From the NCBI GenBank assembly GCA_963666285.1, contig OY762711.1: DNA of 64,000 nt. One strand, 5' to 3'. Source of the stretch: Sedimentisphaerales bacterium (GTDB lineage: Bacteria; Planctomycetota; Phycisphaerae; Sedimentisphaerales; SM23-30). This document shows, in pieces, positions 15,201 to 21,137 of this stretch (positions are counted from its first letter, which is position 1; every line of letters begins with the position of its first letter). The position numbers and the translations under genes are program-made. The notes under the pieces were generated by a model. That model did no database searches. It was not told the origin of the DNA and saw nothing but the letters and a program-made list of their open reading frames with translations.

Positions 15201-17546
15201 AGTATTCATAATAACGGTGATATCGACTACTATATGCTGACCTTGCCGGCAAATTCAGATGGTACCGTAACAATTACAGCAACTCCGGATAATTCAAATG
15301 CGTTAGACCTGGAATTGCGTCTGAAAGGCTCTGATGGAACAAATCTTAAATCAGCTGATGCTACATCAGCTGGCGGAGTAGAGACGCTCACTTATTCATC
15401 TTTGGTCGCCGGAGAGAGTTATTATGTTGTCGTCAAAGGCTGGGACACTACAGGTGATTATAAACTCAGTCTAAGTGTGCCGACTTCGGCTGCAGCAGTA
15501 TCTGTTCCAGTTGAAGAAGCAGGTTCCGGTATTGAATTTATCAGTCCGCTGGCTGCGATGACTCCATCTGTTGGATATCTGACATCTACATCTAACGGTA
15601 CAGTTGTAATTGAACAGATTGGCACGGCAAATGATGATTTATTGTCGTTTGGCACTACTTCTTCCGGCAGTACCAGTACCGGTACTGTTTCGATTAGAAA
15701 TACAACGTCTTCTTCTCAGGATTATACTATTGCCGTTACTGGTGATGATGCGTTTACCGTTAGTAGTTCAACAGTTACTATTGCTGCGGGAGCGGCACAA
15801 AATGTTACGGTTAGCTTTACTCCTGATGCGACCGGTTCAGTGTCCGGAACCCTGACTGTTACAGATGGCAGTTCTGTTGATGTTGCTTCAATGCCATTAA
15901 GCGGAACAGGTACGGTGACAGCTTCCAAGCCTGATATTATGCTGGTTGACAGTAGCTCTAATGAGATATCTTCTCTGAAATTCGCTACCACCGAGCCGGA
16001 AGATTTTAGTGAAAAGACTTTCCGTATAAAGAATATCGGCAGTTCGAATCTAACTATTACCTCTGCTGCAATTACCGGCACAAATGCTGATGTCTTTAGT
16101 ATAGTCGGAAATCTTGCCGGCAGAACCGTAGCTAGCGGTACTCCGCTGACAGTAAGGTTGTCATTTGAACCTTTAACAACTGGTAATAAAACTGCGTCAC
16201 TGGTTCTCGTTACCAATGATCCTGATGAACCTGTCGTAACTATTCCGCTAACGGCAACTGCCGGTACTGCCGACTTAACTGTTAGTATTGATGAGCTTGA
16301 CTTTAACAAAGTTATGGTTGACGGTGTTGGCGAGGAGAAAGAAAGCAAGGCTCTTACTCTTACAAATAATGGTAATACAACCTTGAATATTACCTCGTTT
16401 GATTTTGGTAATAGTGATTTCCATGTAACCGATAGCAGCGGTAACACTATTACTTCATTAAATATTTCTGCCGGAAGTTCAACGAAGGTGTTTGTTGTGT
16501 TTGATCCGACTGTTGAAGGCGCAGTTATCGACAGTCTTGAGTTTACTTCCAATGACAATGACAGCCCGATTGTATCCTTGACAGCTGATGGGATAACAGG
16601 TTATACGACCGATCCTGTCAGTGAAGGTGTTCTGTATTTCAATGACTCAGATGGTGATATTTTCAAAATTACCTATAGAACATCAGGAGATATGACATTT
16701 ACGGCAGAGACAGAAGTTGACGATGTGACTCTTGCCGGCTCAAATCTTTCAATTGATGTTTTGGGAGCACTTGGCAGAGGTTCGATAAAGATTACTGATA
16801 CCAATAAGGATGCCGGGGATGGATTTATAAACATTGAAACATTATCTATAGATAATAATTTCAGGCTGATAGACATTCCGGGTACTATAAACGAACTTAC
16901 AATTGATGGTTCGTTAAGCACCCTTAAGGCTGGCTCTGTTGGTATAGTTGATATCGCCGGTCTTGTTAATAAGATGTCATTTACCGAAGATTTGGATACT
17001 GCCGATATTTCTGTTGGCCAGGTCAAGTCTTTTGTCGCTGGTGGAGATATTGTCAACTCAACCCTGGTTTCGATTGGCGGTTCGATAAGTAAGGTTAATC
17101 TGAAAGGTGACACTTCCGAGTTGGATATTTCGTCAGCTGGTGAAATCAAGAGCTTAAAAGTTAAAGGTGATTTTATCGGTGATATTACCGCTGCCGATTC
17201 AATTGGTGCTGCCAGAGTGGGTGGCTCTGTAACCGGTACCAGCTGGTCTGTTACTTCAGACAGTTCAGAGGCTCAGCTGAAATCTCTGCGTGCAAGCGGC
17301 GGTATCAGTATCGACAGCCTCCTGGTTGAAGGGACTTTGAAGAAACTGTATTCAGGCAGCAAAAACGATCCGTTTGGTTTGGCCGGAAGTTTTCGAGCTG
17401 ACAGTATCGGCGTGATTAAGATTTACGGCGATCTTGATGCTGTGATCAGGTCAGATGGGGATATTCGATCATGGTCTCTGACAGGGGGCCATACCGCTGA
17501 TTCGCATATCTATGAAAATGGTGAAGATCTATTAGCCTTGATATAG
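279..17546 (+). CDS. Giant (~5,750 aa) acidic extracellular/surface protein: LEPRxLL leader, many CARDB-like Ig repeats, PPC-like repeats, ASH/choice-of-anchor D-like domains
   Basis: ORF 204..17546; better start ATG 279 with GGAG at 267-270. Basic N-terminus followed by LEALEPRVLLAAD; recurring 'N.G...A..F.V..YLS.D...D....E..E.NN' CARDB-type units; 'D.YE.N' PPC-like units near 14000-15450; 'I.N.G...L.IT....TNDPDEP' ASH-type units near 10230-10550 and 15600-16600. Confidence 0.85.
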   Translation: MSLLRKIRRNILNAKRLTASRHNRIKTKAEKLSRISLEALEPRVLLAADLEASLMPADMLRPDWGDTIDMELNVVNNGTDLTSGTADVAFYMDANGNDTLDIGTDLEITSVTANTSYEPNTPSLPLNFANDNLPSTKELEGVYTLTLPSSGYTDGDYTIFVTVDGTAISDSDTTNNNAQFTIPIGLTAPTGIDVAPKFFDFDALDIMDELKAGTVYPVSIGVQNFGDTATSAAVNVSIFISPDKILTSDSILLTTDGTNPATAATTGALNAGTLEFVSIDVQMPTTNPFGTDEDMYLIAAVDATGISSGTLTGGAETETYESNNYIPAEDELSLVSTSSTSGVDLGAGFLWFGSTYTETVPNFTWGQTTGIPAANVGLYNAGDTDATAFDVEVKISPTEDSSDTNAVSLVSTTGAAVTATSMQYTTETIAPTAVPSTFGDASSPVGWAYAYAYLDVSSTNTDVDAANNISDAAKVWMGSFDGTNPDLSPYELDYTTYDDTGYFHWGDSIEIEGSIANVGTATGAVSSSAPVTVTYYLHDAADITDTASFTPISLGSGTVITDMDSGEIVEIFLHNITVDEPTTPSTDTNPSYQIVMSIDGGTAVATEASTTNNTLALDIAPYDTTLQLDVSTNAPFADWAIPPTMEIYLSGLDGLDLSANSVDVNFYLSSDTTLDTGSDDAVGTYTFNFDTGTNKLIVGGSPLTANYSLDFSGLSSPADGDYTIFATLSSPSGVSFPSTSGITESINMPIGDVTSVTGMDLSGDSVIMPVNSEIYWGGDLDLALIISNIGDTNITSSFDIQAYLSVDNVVDSSDISLGSAVTVSGGINALTTAITAHSVTLPSKTVAETAFGNSYVSNTSQTYQILFALDSGSAITEAYEYDNTFGSSFINIADSATVTPTGIDVAGQHFFSPTLMTSSSPSLEWGGSLTVYANFENIGPSDETAGFSIKYYLSPSASLPTDPTTDSSILELTSADTVASLTSGAVTNASFTAKTLTVPSAPASPSGSYYIIARAANVTSDTATTNNDIIMQKIDGNNMQVAVSAPDLVPDVEKDNPEFDSDVYWKFGGQYTLALDVLNDSSIEVSGSTTANIYISATEPDVSTLTISTLESDTATYTKLTSDQTITFSTGEFESINDVTVTLPSGTGWTDGKYYLIYAVDTGDSEVEVDETNNIEFIGINIASTSPIAGKTDIEMLDMEIEVDNAGDNDLTVLQLAWNTTYTGAAEHMLYNAGDAIASGSPSTFTVDYQLTTDGDYTSGTASLGTSTVTPPVDSLAIFDGTVDIVTPASGTNGIYYVVAKADSAGDITAEQSVDTDNNISDPFPLYIGDWATGVDLAAFTSEISLAGTNIDQDSYVPGDVITVEYQVANVGDTQAQAFTVEFYLSDDATADTGELITPTSTSPSNPGALNGSGSIMNMTATMTVPAPATTSSTGEYYLIVKVVPNGGDTDVTTTNNEILTSINVDLPDLAISSTGEFLLSPTVVDYVWGQTDYDVEIEFSNTGDGDAANFNVRLVLSADSTYDASSDIELSTFTVDKVAAGATYVNVVSIDIPEETSGSGAIPSSLDDNNTSTNTYYILAVLDSGDSSNSYAAELDEISTTNNISTQALTITDSSGITLQSGVADLQVIGGDFEVYNDEVLWGMWVPLEVPVYNDGNTAAGAFNIQFALSADTVWDGSGTDIILTEHYYNNSTANTTSWNVTSLAAGTYYVAEGMVRIPDYDSSYTETSYKIIAKIDSDINSDDSAGTGLGDVDETGYEDNNVTELDSNVTLAQPTTGTTDIIPSLLYPTWNTSSTYVSGSTITVVAGVTNYGDTSADPGTGAINADFYLVPSMTTALVDAAGNISSSAVPLTESSNFVVSINNAKVLPAGTGYEQNMTLTIPNGITAGTYYLAMMVDSTSAITETSNTLVNGEANNYMVVPDNSYAITIGTPQYDLEVADTTAVQFTDGAGTALTGSPVFTSEIGNIGLDITITNNGVSTVSYYTVELGLYSDQALTQLVAGTAKSQSAANLAGNGTATVSINGNTIPADLAAGTYYYGIKLDPSNVVDESGVTGGESNNTIAIPVTIESAAPVYDITIASTSDVQFTDGAGTAMPADPVFMTDMTSIGVSMNIANNGTSTTDPYQVKIGIYSDSALTTPLAGSETTITGITIDGNGTATLSLSSLAIPTITTEGVYYVGITLDVDNELDETQVTDGENNNVIAVPVTFEHPKSDIVMAYFKVADQEQVLEAAPGDTLQVHLELNNESQTAITTPFDVTVDLLDSTGAVVTGASWTQQITVLNSYNEGNNHIDVDFDIMLPFDLDIAGTYTLVAKADSGNVIVEAKEDNNASQEISLTLKNPEVDLFLQPVFIETPPEGKFFWGSELYFNFQLNEFGDSASPQSKAAIYLSSTEGSIEGATLLQELDIPELNPGSFYSAETYIYLPENLDGSMTDGQYYIVVSVDSDDQIDEIINGVSAEDNNIKSAAIEIGSPNIDLEIMQDSSTAGEDFEIMRLVPFDVQMEVFNDSLGVVDTPFVLRAVISQDSIAGNEDDYLLGEITVEHLDPYMSFHDELLVDLPDETVLPDGTYRVIITADANNVIDETYPDGTAAEDNNQSIFYINLVTPDLVEGVDLEAGDFDFEGMTNFNWGETYDVYYGLMNSGLEDAGEFNIKIALSKDNVYDSTNGDYLLADIDVAEGLTSGNVYMNQTTLTFPDNADGSLSDGPYFVIFVIDGDNLVTESVEDNNIINKVISMGNLPNGTDFEVGDVEADTNANYGDSFTIKVPVSNNGAQSAWGQLSVYVSSSPITKANLDQAMMIGSYTLSDDGDFGPGASTTIEVVIDMPTMPQDSAAIEEYYNVLFIVDANNDVEELVENNNSFYHTFILTQEKQADLEAWPVIDSTSGGSYIPGVGEAFDWGDELTLNAYVNNWGDADVADSFKITYYLSSTSPYDANFDSSGLYQLTSKTVSSIDAGVSVQVTGAVVVLPETAPDRFAGVNNLFIVSMVDSADTVEESNEDNNYSDLSLYIGSVPADLSGWISIDPEDGQEYPRYNYLWGETIPVSMNLSNFGGGDAENFTITYYLAEDFNFQNTDGSIDTGKLVEISSQTISLVSAGAGSWNPDTQTETEPVVVSYGLVLPTEKPSGFSDTSFGYNLVAMIDSGDTVTEYDEYWNNITTNYINIEQSISDLISFYVDPIDPATGQFKPDALWSDDTTVRQIQVRGNVENQGNIDVESIKVKFLLADSTGNIGTAYELGAETIENLTAMTGSTELSFTYDIPKPEDVGFVQSGAETGPYTIIMVIDPDDEIDESLEDNNIAMHPLRLTKQTGKVYVSDNIDDPSDKEMDFGKLLVDEIINGIVTIRNDGEGVLTVNEITSSNAAFGISGIQMPITIEPDGYVDINVEVNATDLQPGDIEGTLTIMTDDTRRPDGVVVDLAAEVAQSPFDLELTSVAAEAVDSEAVNDETADAYWGDTLKVDLSAANISDTDTANGVFVDIFLANSYDENADMYMLVEGYSIGDLLASDSTSVSLDIALPAESPFGYSGEIYVVAEIFGGIDDYEPEFDNNVNGSLMRILTKPEGNPDISFSFLNLPEELAPGMEVTVGIGLVNSGKADAEEFSVNIYVSDDSQFDSNDELLETFTVHGLSVDAEKVFDKIFTIPEDAEEGLKYLLVRADSTDVLSEDDETNNQASARFNIEAGPAVDFSITALTVDAELLVNEEFALGVTVANNGDELAEDVDVDFFLYPASSVSGTSTGTFIGSLFIDSIDAGSSVASTFQAFMPGGLVEIGSEYVIVATVDPRSEIEETDETNNSFTSSTVIPTVGSIDLTGQFGEVPAEATWGDGFDVTLTVTNQGEADASAFSVKVVLSADTKIDENDFYLSSWQSGGKAPGESTDTTLWAYLPDYVNLADGNYYVLAKIDNNNKVEETDETNNLVISSAIAVAGKPDLYGYLTDVPESANYGQSITVTDTVSNYGTAAAGEFEVTYYLSDDWEYNAGEDVKLGSRVISSLAAEGENTGSVTLELARPEGWPEEGQVHIVMVVDEANVIDEKYESGLVQADTTVEYSSMPVDILKEGKSDLVGISVGALAAESFEWTTDSANPETINIQYELTNNGTASAENFTISFYLSANTLITADKDYELGSITINTLEAEASLADFAEFVLPESSPTGKDGDFYIGMIIDKGAEVEEIDEQNNTATSTAAVAMGNVVKVDLVANDVYGPESGIVPDESFSVYAGVFNAGTEPSSSFEIDFYLTTSGSIDGTSIKIGSQTMDPVNAGSYSGRTFTFGGLSEDVLDGFVGSNAIFAIDVNPAETGGNHVLEESNYDNNQTSDFASTYISQPVTEDAVAVSFTSAAGLGDLTWGDSVSLSYTVTPISDAPLDVQIILKNSAVGNELVLSSFQLAGGDSDISSSITVTLPDTSPFGHDGNLSLVLAVDPTSTFSEISEANNQLSLPVTVGSGLSDLAAMDISTQPTASAGDSIEIYSGVANYGSIDAYGFEITYYLSSSNTVIDEGNDTMLTSVYISSLAGMEYLWNAPSITIPNDITDGSYYLAMQVDPYDDIEEASETNNVSFSYMPIQIKTTTVSPDSNEPDNQISSATIVTLTDGLSNIIEGTIHQQGNSDFFSFTTPSDANGLAAIEVIPDDYLNVSFTVYNQSGTAISTVDLEPYMGAEEIFTSFNISPGKTYYVEVEGVGSSLGEYELEIMVGTGGTAGDSYESNNTLANAAYIGSEDVTITNVNIHSQTDQDYYMFTVPGDSTGEFEIVAFANPELDLVMRLYDSDGVQIASSDNSAAGSEESLRIDAAAGSVYYVAFSSWAGSTGGYGFDIMYELQDLPDDYESNDTLETAYVLNGDSYIGLFDTNINISTDVDYYSVTVPSGYVSLDLNIYNAVELDSKVSVYSSSGRLLRSADRGGVGEMETLVVDGLTAGQELYIAVSSVDGTTGYYGISGSYSAEAAGDFAEPNESTASAYEIDLTNKVSVSIDKLSIHNNGDIDYYMLTLPANSDGTVTITATPDNSNALDLELRLKGSDGTNLKSADATSAGGVETLTYSSLVAGESYYVVVKGWDTTGDYKLSLSVPTSAAAVSVPVEEAGSGIEFISPLAAMTPSVGYLTSTSNGTVVIEQIGTANDDLLSFGTTSSGSTSTGTVSIRNTTSSSQDYTIAVTGDDAFTVSSSTVTIAAGAAQNVTVSFTPDATGSVSGTLTVTDGSSVDVASMPLSGTGTVTASKPDIMLVDSSSNEISSLKFATTEPEDFSEKTFRIKNIGSSNLTITSAAITGTNADVFSIVGNLAGRTVASGTPLTVRLSFEPLTTGNKTASLVLVTNDPDEPVVTIPLTATAGTADLTVSIDELDFNKVMVDGVGEEKESKALTLTNNGNTTLNITSFDFGNSDFHVTDSSGNTITSLNISAGSSTKVFVVFDPTVEGAVIDSLEFTSNDNDSPIVSLTADGITGYTTDPVSEGVLYFNDSDGDIFKITYRTSGDMTFTAETEVDDVTLAGSNLSIDVLGALGRGSIKITDTNKDAGDGFINIETLSIDNNFRLIDIPGTINELTIDGSLSTLKAGSVGIVDIAGLVNKMSFTEDLDTADISVGQVKSFVAGGDIVNSTLVSIGGSISKVNLKGDTSELDISSAGEIKSLKVKGDFIGDITAADSIGAARVGGSVTGTSWSVTSDSSEAQLKSLRASGGISIDSLLVEGTLKKLYSGSKNDPFGLAGSFRADSIGVIKIYGDLDAVIRSDGDIRSWSLTGGHTADSHIYENGEDLLALI

Positions 17547-17573
17547 CATTATAATAAGTGAAGGTTGAACAAT

Positions 17574-17609
17574 AAAAAAAGTGTGGTAGACAATCTGCCA
17601 CACTTTTTT
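17574..17609. terminator. Bidirectional intrinsic terminator between convergent genes
   Basis: AAAAAAAGTGTGGTAGA-CAA-TCTGCCACACTTTTTT hairpin with A- and T-tracts on either side. Confidence 0.85.
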
Positions 17610-17635
17610 GTTTATACACATTGAGTTAGCTTGCT

Positions 17636-20416
17636 CTATTTTGGGCAGCTATCTATCGGCAGCCTGTTACAGGTCAGCCATTCAGCGGCAAGTTCTGCCA
17701 GATCTGTTATGTCGACTGTGCTTGCCCATGCTTTACTGAATGCCGCAAAGTCGAAGATATCTACCAGGCAGTTGTTGTCGAAGTCAGCAGGTATCTGCTC
17801 CCGACAGGCATAATCAGACAGTCCCAGCCCATTATAGATTTCGGTAATTTGATCCTGGCTAAGTGCATAGTCGTAGATACGAAGATCATCTATCGATACA
17901 TTGTCAAGCACTCCGTCAGCGATGTATAGCGGTTCGGTCTGGCTTATGGCTCCGGTATCATCTGTAGCGGTATCAATAAGTATGCTGTCGGCGTATAGCC
18001 TGATTTCGTTTGCTGTTGTATCTCGAACAGCAGCAATATGCACCCAGTTGCCGGTAAAGAAAGTGTTGTCATCTACCTGTATCTGGGATTTAGATGAATT
18101 GTCGTCAATTGCAAAACGGAAACTGTTATTCTTGCGATATAACTCATATCTCCTGCCAGAACCGGGAAATGCTCCGGCTCCGATGGTGCCTTTAATCAGC
18201 AGCTCGTATTGGCCATCCCATGAAGTCGGCTGAATTGCCCATAACGATACAGAAAAATCTTCATCGTCAAAATCAATCTTGTCAGAACTTGGCACATGTA
18301 CCCGTCCGCCATTAGCGGCAAATGCAAGGCTGCTGCCGTATTTGCCAGGTATCCATGCCGGCATTGTTGAACCTTCAAGCGTACCTTCCAGCTCAGATGC
18401 TCCATTTACGGCATAAATGGTAGTGCCACTTGCCTCGTTAAGCGGCCAGTATGCAATTGGAGCATTTACAACCAATGGGTCATATGTCGTTGCTTCTGCT
18501 GGTTCAGACCATTCGGTTTCATTCTGGTTCGGGCTTTTATCCCGGGCTTTTACCCGGTATGAGTATAAAGTTGCCGGTTCGAGATCAATATCGGTAAATA
18601 CCGGGCTATCCTGCCAGCCTGAATCATGGCCGGGAACAGTTATGTTGGTGAAATAGTATTCAACGCCGCTGATATCAGTTGCCTCGGCTGCTGTCATTGT
18701 GATAGAAACCGTGCTGAGTGTTTCTGGTAGTGTTTCCCATGTCAGTGGGTTTGGTGCAGGCCCGGTCCGGTCATCATTTGTTGTTGCTGAGGCCGGGGAC
18801 GATTCTGCTGTTTCGTTTTGAGAGACACTGGTATCCCTGGCTTTGACTGTATAAGTATATGTTGTGCCCGGGACAAGGTTGGTGTTTGTATAAGTTGTGC
18901 CGCTTTGCCAGCCCGAATCATTACCGCCGCCTGAAGTGCAGGTGAAATAATATAATACGCCGGTATTATCATCTGTTGCTGTGGCTGCTGTCATAGAAAT
19001 ACTAATTTCATCAACTGCATGAGGCAGCACATCAAAATACATCGGGTCAGGACTTGGCCCGACAATATCAGAAGGTTCGGTAAGCGAGTTCAGGTATACT
19101 TCCAGATTGGTGAAGTCGCTGCTTAAATCATAACCGTTTCGGTCGTCGGCATTACCGGAATTAAGCCCCTTGGTATTTTCCCAGCTGTCCGGCATGCCAT
19201 CATGGTCGCTGTCTGACGGAGCTGGTGACGAATTTAGTGTCGGCCAGCCGCCTTCAGGTTGATCGTCGGTCGAAGAGATAGAACTGCCGGTTCCGTTTTT
19301 TACATCATTGATAATTCTGGTATCTATTATGTCTCTTGTCGGGAAACTTGCCCCGGCCTTTTCCAGTACATCTTCCAGGGCCTGGGCTGCCGAAGTTGTT
19401 GTTACCGGGTTCATCGGAATCTCATATGAACGGGCTTTATATTCAGTAATTTCTGTTGACGAGGGGCCGTTAAACCGTACCAGGCTCCACTGGTCGGCAG
19501 GAACACTAATACTGTTGTAGGTATGACCATAAGCATTATCAGCCCAGTATGCATAACAATCGGGACAGTTTTCCTTAAACATATAACCGGTAAAATTCGA
19601 TTCCGGGCCGACGATACAGACATTAGCTATGAAATTATAACGGGTTGTTGTGCTGCTGTCAGCATTATATCCCGGCTGATCACCTTTCCAGTTATACATC
19701 ACATTATTACGAAAGTCAAAATGCAGCCCTTCCGGGTCTTTACTTGTGCTGGTATAGTTTCCGGGACGCGGGTTGCGGTTGTTGTTATGGGCGTAAAGGT
19801 TGTGGTGGTAGGATTTCTCTTCGCCATATTCACCTCTGATAAGTGAGCCGTAGCTGTGTCCTTCAAATGTTAGTGCTTCACTCATAATACACCATTGAAC
19901 TGTCACCTTGTCAGAGCCGTCCTGGCATGAAATTGTCTCGTCTCGTGCATAAGAGCCGCTTACATGGTCGATTATAATATTATGCCCGGAAGCAATATCA
20001 ATTGCATCACCACTGGAATTTGCTGCTCCTTCGTCAACTCGAACACGAATGTATCGAATGACAACATCATTAACACTGCCTATGTAGATACGACCTTTAA
20101 TGCATATTCCATCGCCAGGTGCGGTTTGACCGGCAATCGTGGTATATGATTTAGGTTTGAGTATGACATCTCCAAGTTCAATTGTTCCTGATACCCTGAA
20201 AACGATTGTTCGATTGCCTGAACTTACAGCGTCGACTATTGAGCCTGTGCCGCTGTTATTCAAATTGGTTACTTCATAGACATCGCCGCCGCGACCGCCT
20301 GCGGCATACATGCCTGAACCTTCGGCTCCGGGAAAAGCAATTGGCTCTGCAAATATTACAGATGGTATGCATAACAGCAGAGTCGTAATTGTTATTGATA
20401 AGAATATGTTTTTCAT
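17636..20416 (-). CDS. Secreted pectate lyase-like (PL1-type) protein with FN3-like repeats, LamG domain and dockerin-like C-terminus
   Basis: Signal peptide; AFPGAEG..A.GGRGG.VYEVTNL, TIAGQTAPGDGI, IIDHVS, RNPR, DSDHDGMPDSWE motifs; two 'Y.Y.VKARD.S..QNET' repeats; WVHIAAVRD...IDDLRIYDYALS (LamG); ADFDNNCLVDIFDFAAF tail. Confidence 0.85.
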   Translation of the reverse strand: MKNIFLSITITTLLLCIPSVIFAEPIAFPGAEGSGMYAAGGRGGDVYEVTNLNNSGTGSIVDAVSSGNRTIVFRVSGTIELGDVILKPKSYTTIAGQTAPGDGICIKGRIYIGSVNDVVIRYIRVRVDEGAANSSGDAIDIASGHNIIIDHVSGSYARDETISCQDGSDKVTVQWCIMSEALTFEGHSYGSLIRGEYGEEKSYHHNLYAHNNNRNPRPGNYTSTSKDPEGLHFDFRNNVMYNWKGDQPGYNADSSTTTRYNFIANVCIVGPESNFTGYMFKENCPDCYAYWADNAYGHTYNSISVPADQWSLVRFNGPSSTEITEYKARSYEIPMNPVTTTSAAQALEDVLEKAGASFPTRDIIDTRIINDVKNGTGSSISSTDDQPEGGWPTLNSSPAPSDSDHDGMPDSWENTKGLNSGNADDRNGYDLSSDFTNLEVYLNSLTEPSDIVGPSPDPMYFDVLPHAVDEISISMTAATATDDNTGVLYYFTCTSGGGNDSGWQSGTTYTNTNLVPGTTYTYTVKARDTSVSQNETAESSPASATTNDDRTGPAPNPLTWETLPETLSTVSITMTAAEATDISGVEYYFTNITVPGHDSGWQDSPVFTDIDLEPATLYSYRVKARDKSPNQNETEWSEPAEATTYDPLVVNAPIAYWPLNEASGTTIYAVNGASELEGTLEGSTMPAWIPGKYGSSLAFAANGGRVHVPSSDKIDFDDEDFSVSLWAIQPTSWDGQYELLIKGTIGAGAFPGSGRRYELYRKNNSFRFAIDDNSSKSQIQVDDNTFFTGNWVHIAAVRDTTANEIRLYADSILIDTATDDTGAISQTEPLYIADGVLDNVSIDDLRIYDYALSQDQITEIYNGLGLSDYACREQIPADFDNNCLVDIFDFAAFSKAWASTVDITDLAELAAEWLTCNRLPIDSCPK

Positions 20417-21137
20417 TAATTTCTTCTCCTGATGATTAAAATCACTGTATCATTCGCACTTTAAAAAGGCAATGTGGCCACTTTTGTAAAACTTAGCGGC
20501 ATAAAATTATTGTATGCTTGTATTAACTATAGAAGATATCTTTAGAAATGTAACCAGATCTCCTTTTCCAATCCTAATTATTCATATGTGTCAATTTCTA
20601 TTCTATGACTAACGCTCTCAATATGGCAATTTTCGTAGAATCTAGTCTGCTGAACCGGATAAAACGATAATTGATTCAAAATAACATGATGTATAAAAGA
20701 TAATACTATTATCGCAAATTGATACCGGAATAAAAAGACCATTTCATGAAAAACAAAACATGGTTTTGCGCAATATAATGGTATGGTACTTAAAATGCAA
20801 AACTACTCAAATTTATAATGTAAGTCCTTTTCGTGCCAATATTAGTGTCAAGATTGGCACTGTTATATTTCAGCAATTGAAATGTTTTTATTTATTATGC
20901 TACTCAATGTGACCGCTTATACCGATTTAGTTGCTGCCGGCATTGAAACCGAATACATGAAAATCTGTCAGGATAATTGTGGCTTGCGGTATGGTGTACT
21001 TAGTATTTACCATGCACTAAGGGTTTATGTTTGGATTTTAAGGGAGGGAGATGTTTGTTTTAATATTATGTGGAATTGTATCGAACAAAAAGTCCTTTTA
21101 TTAATCCATTTTATTCTTATTAAAACATTGGAATTGT

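Noticed and set aside
397..17149. Many short alternative-frame and antisense ORFs within the giant gene (e.g. 15722..16558)
   Set aside because: Shadows of the biased codon usage of the long ORF; no independent motifs.
20854..20870. Sigma54 promoter at TTGGCAC
   Set aside because: No TTGC -12 element at the required spacing on either strand.
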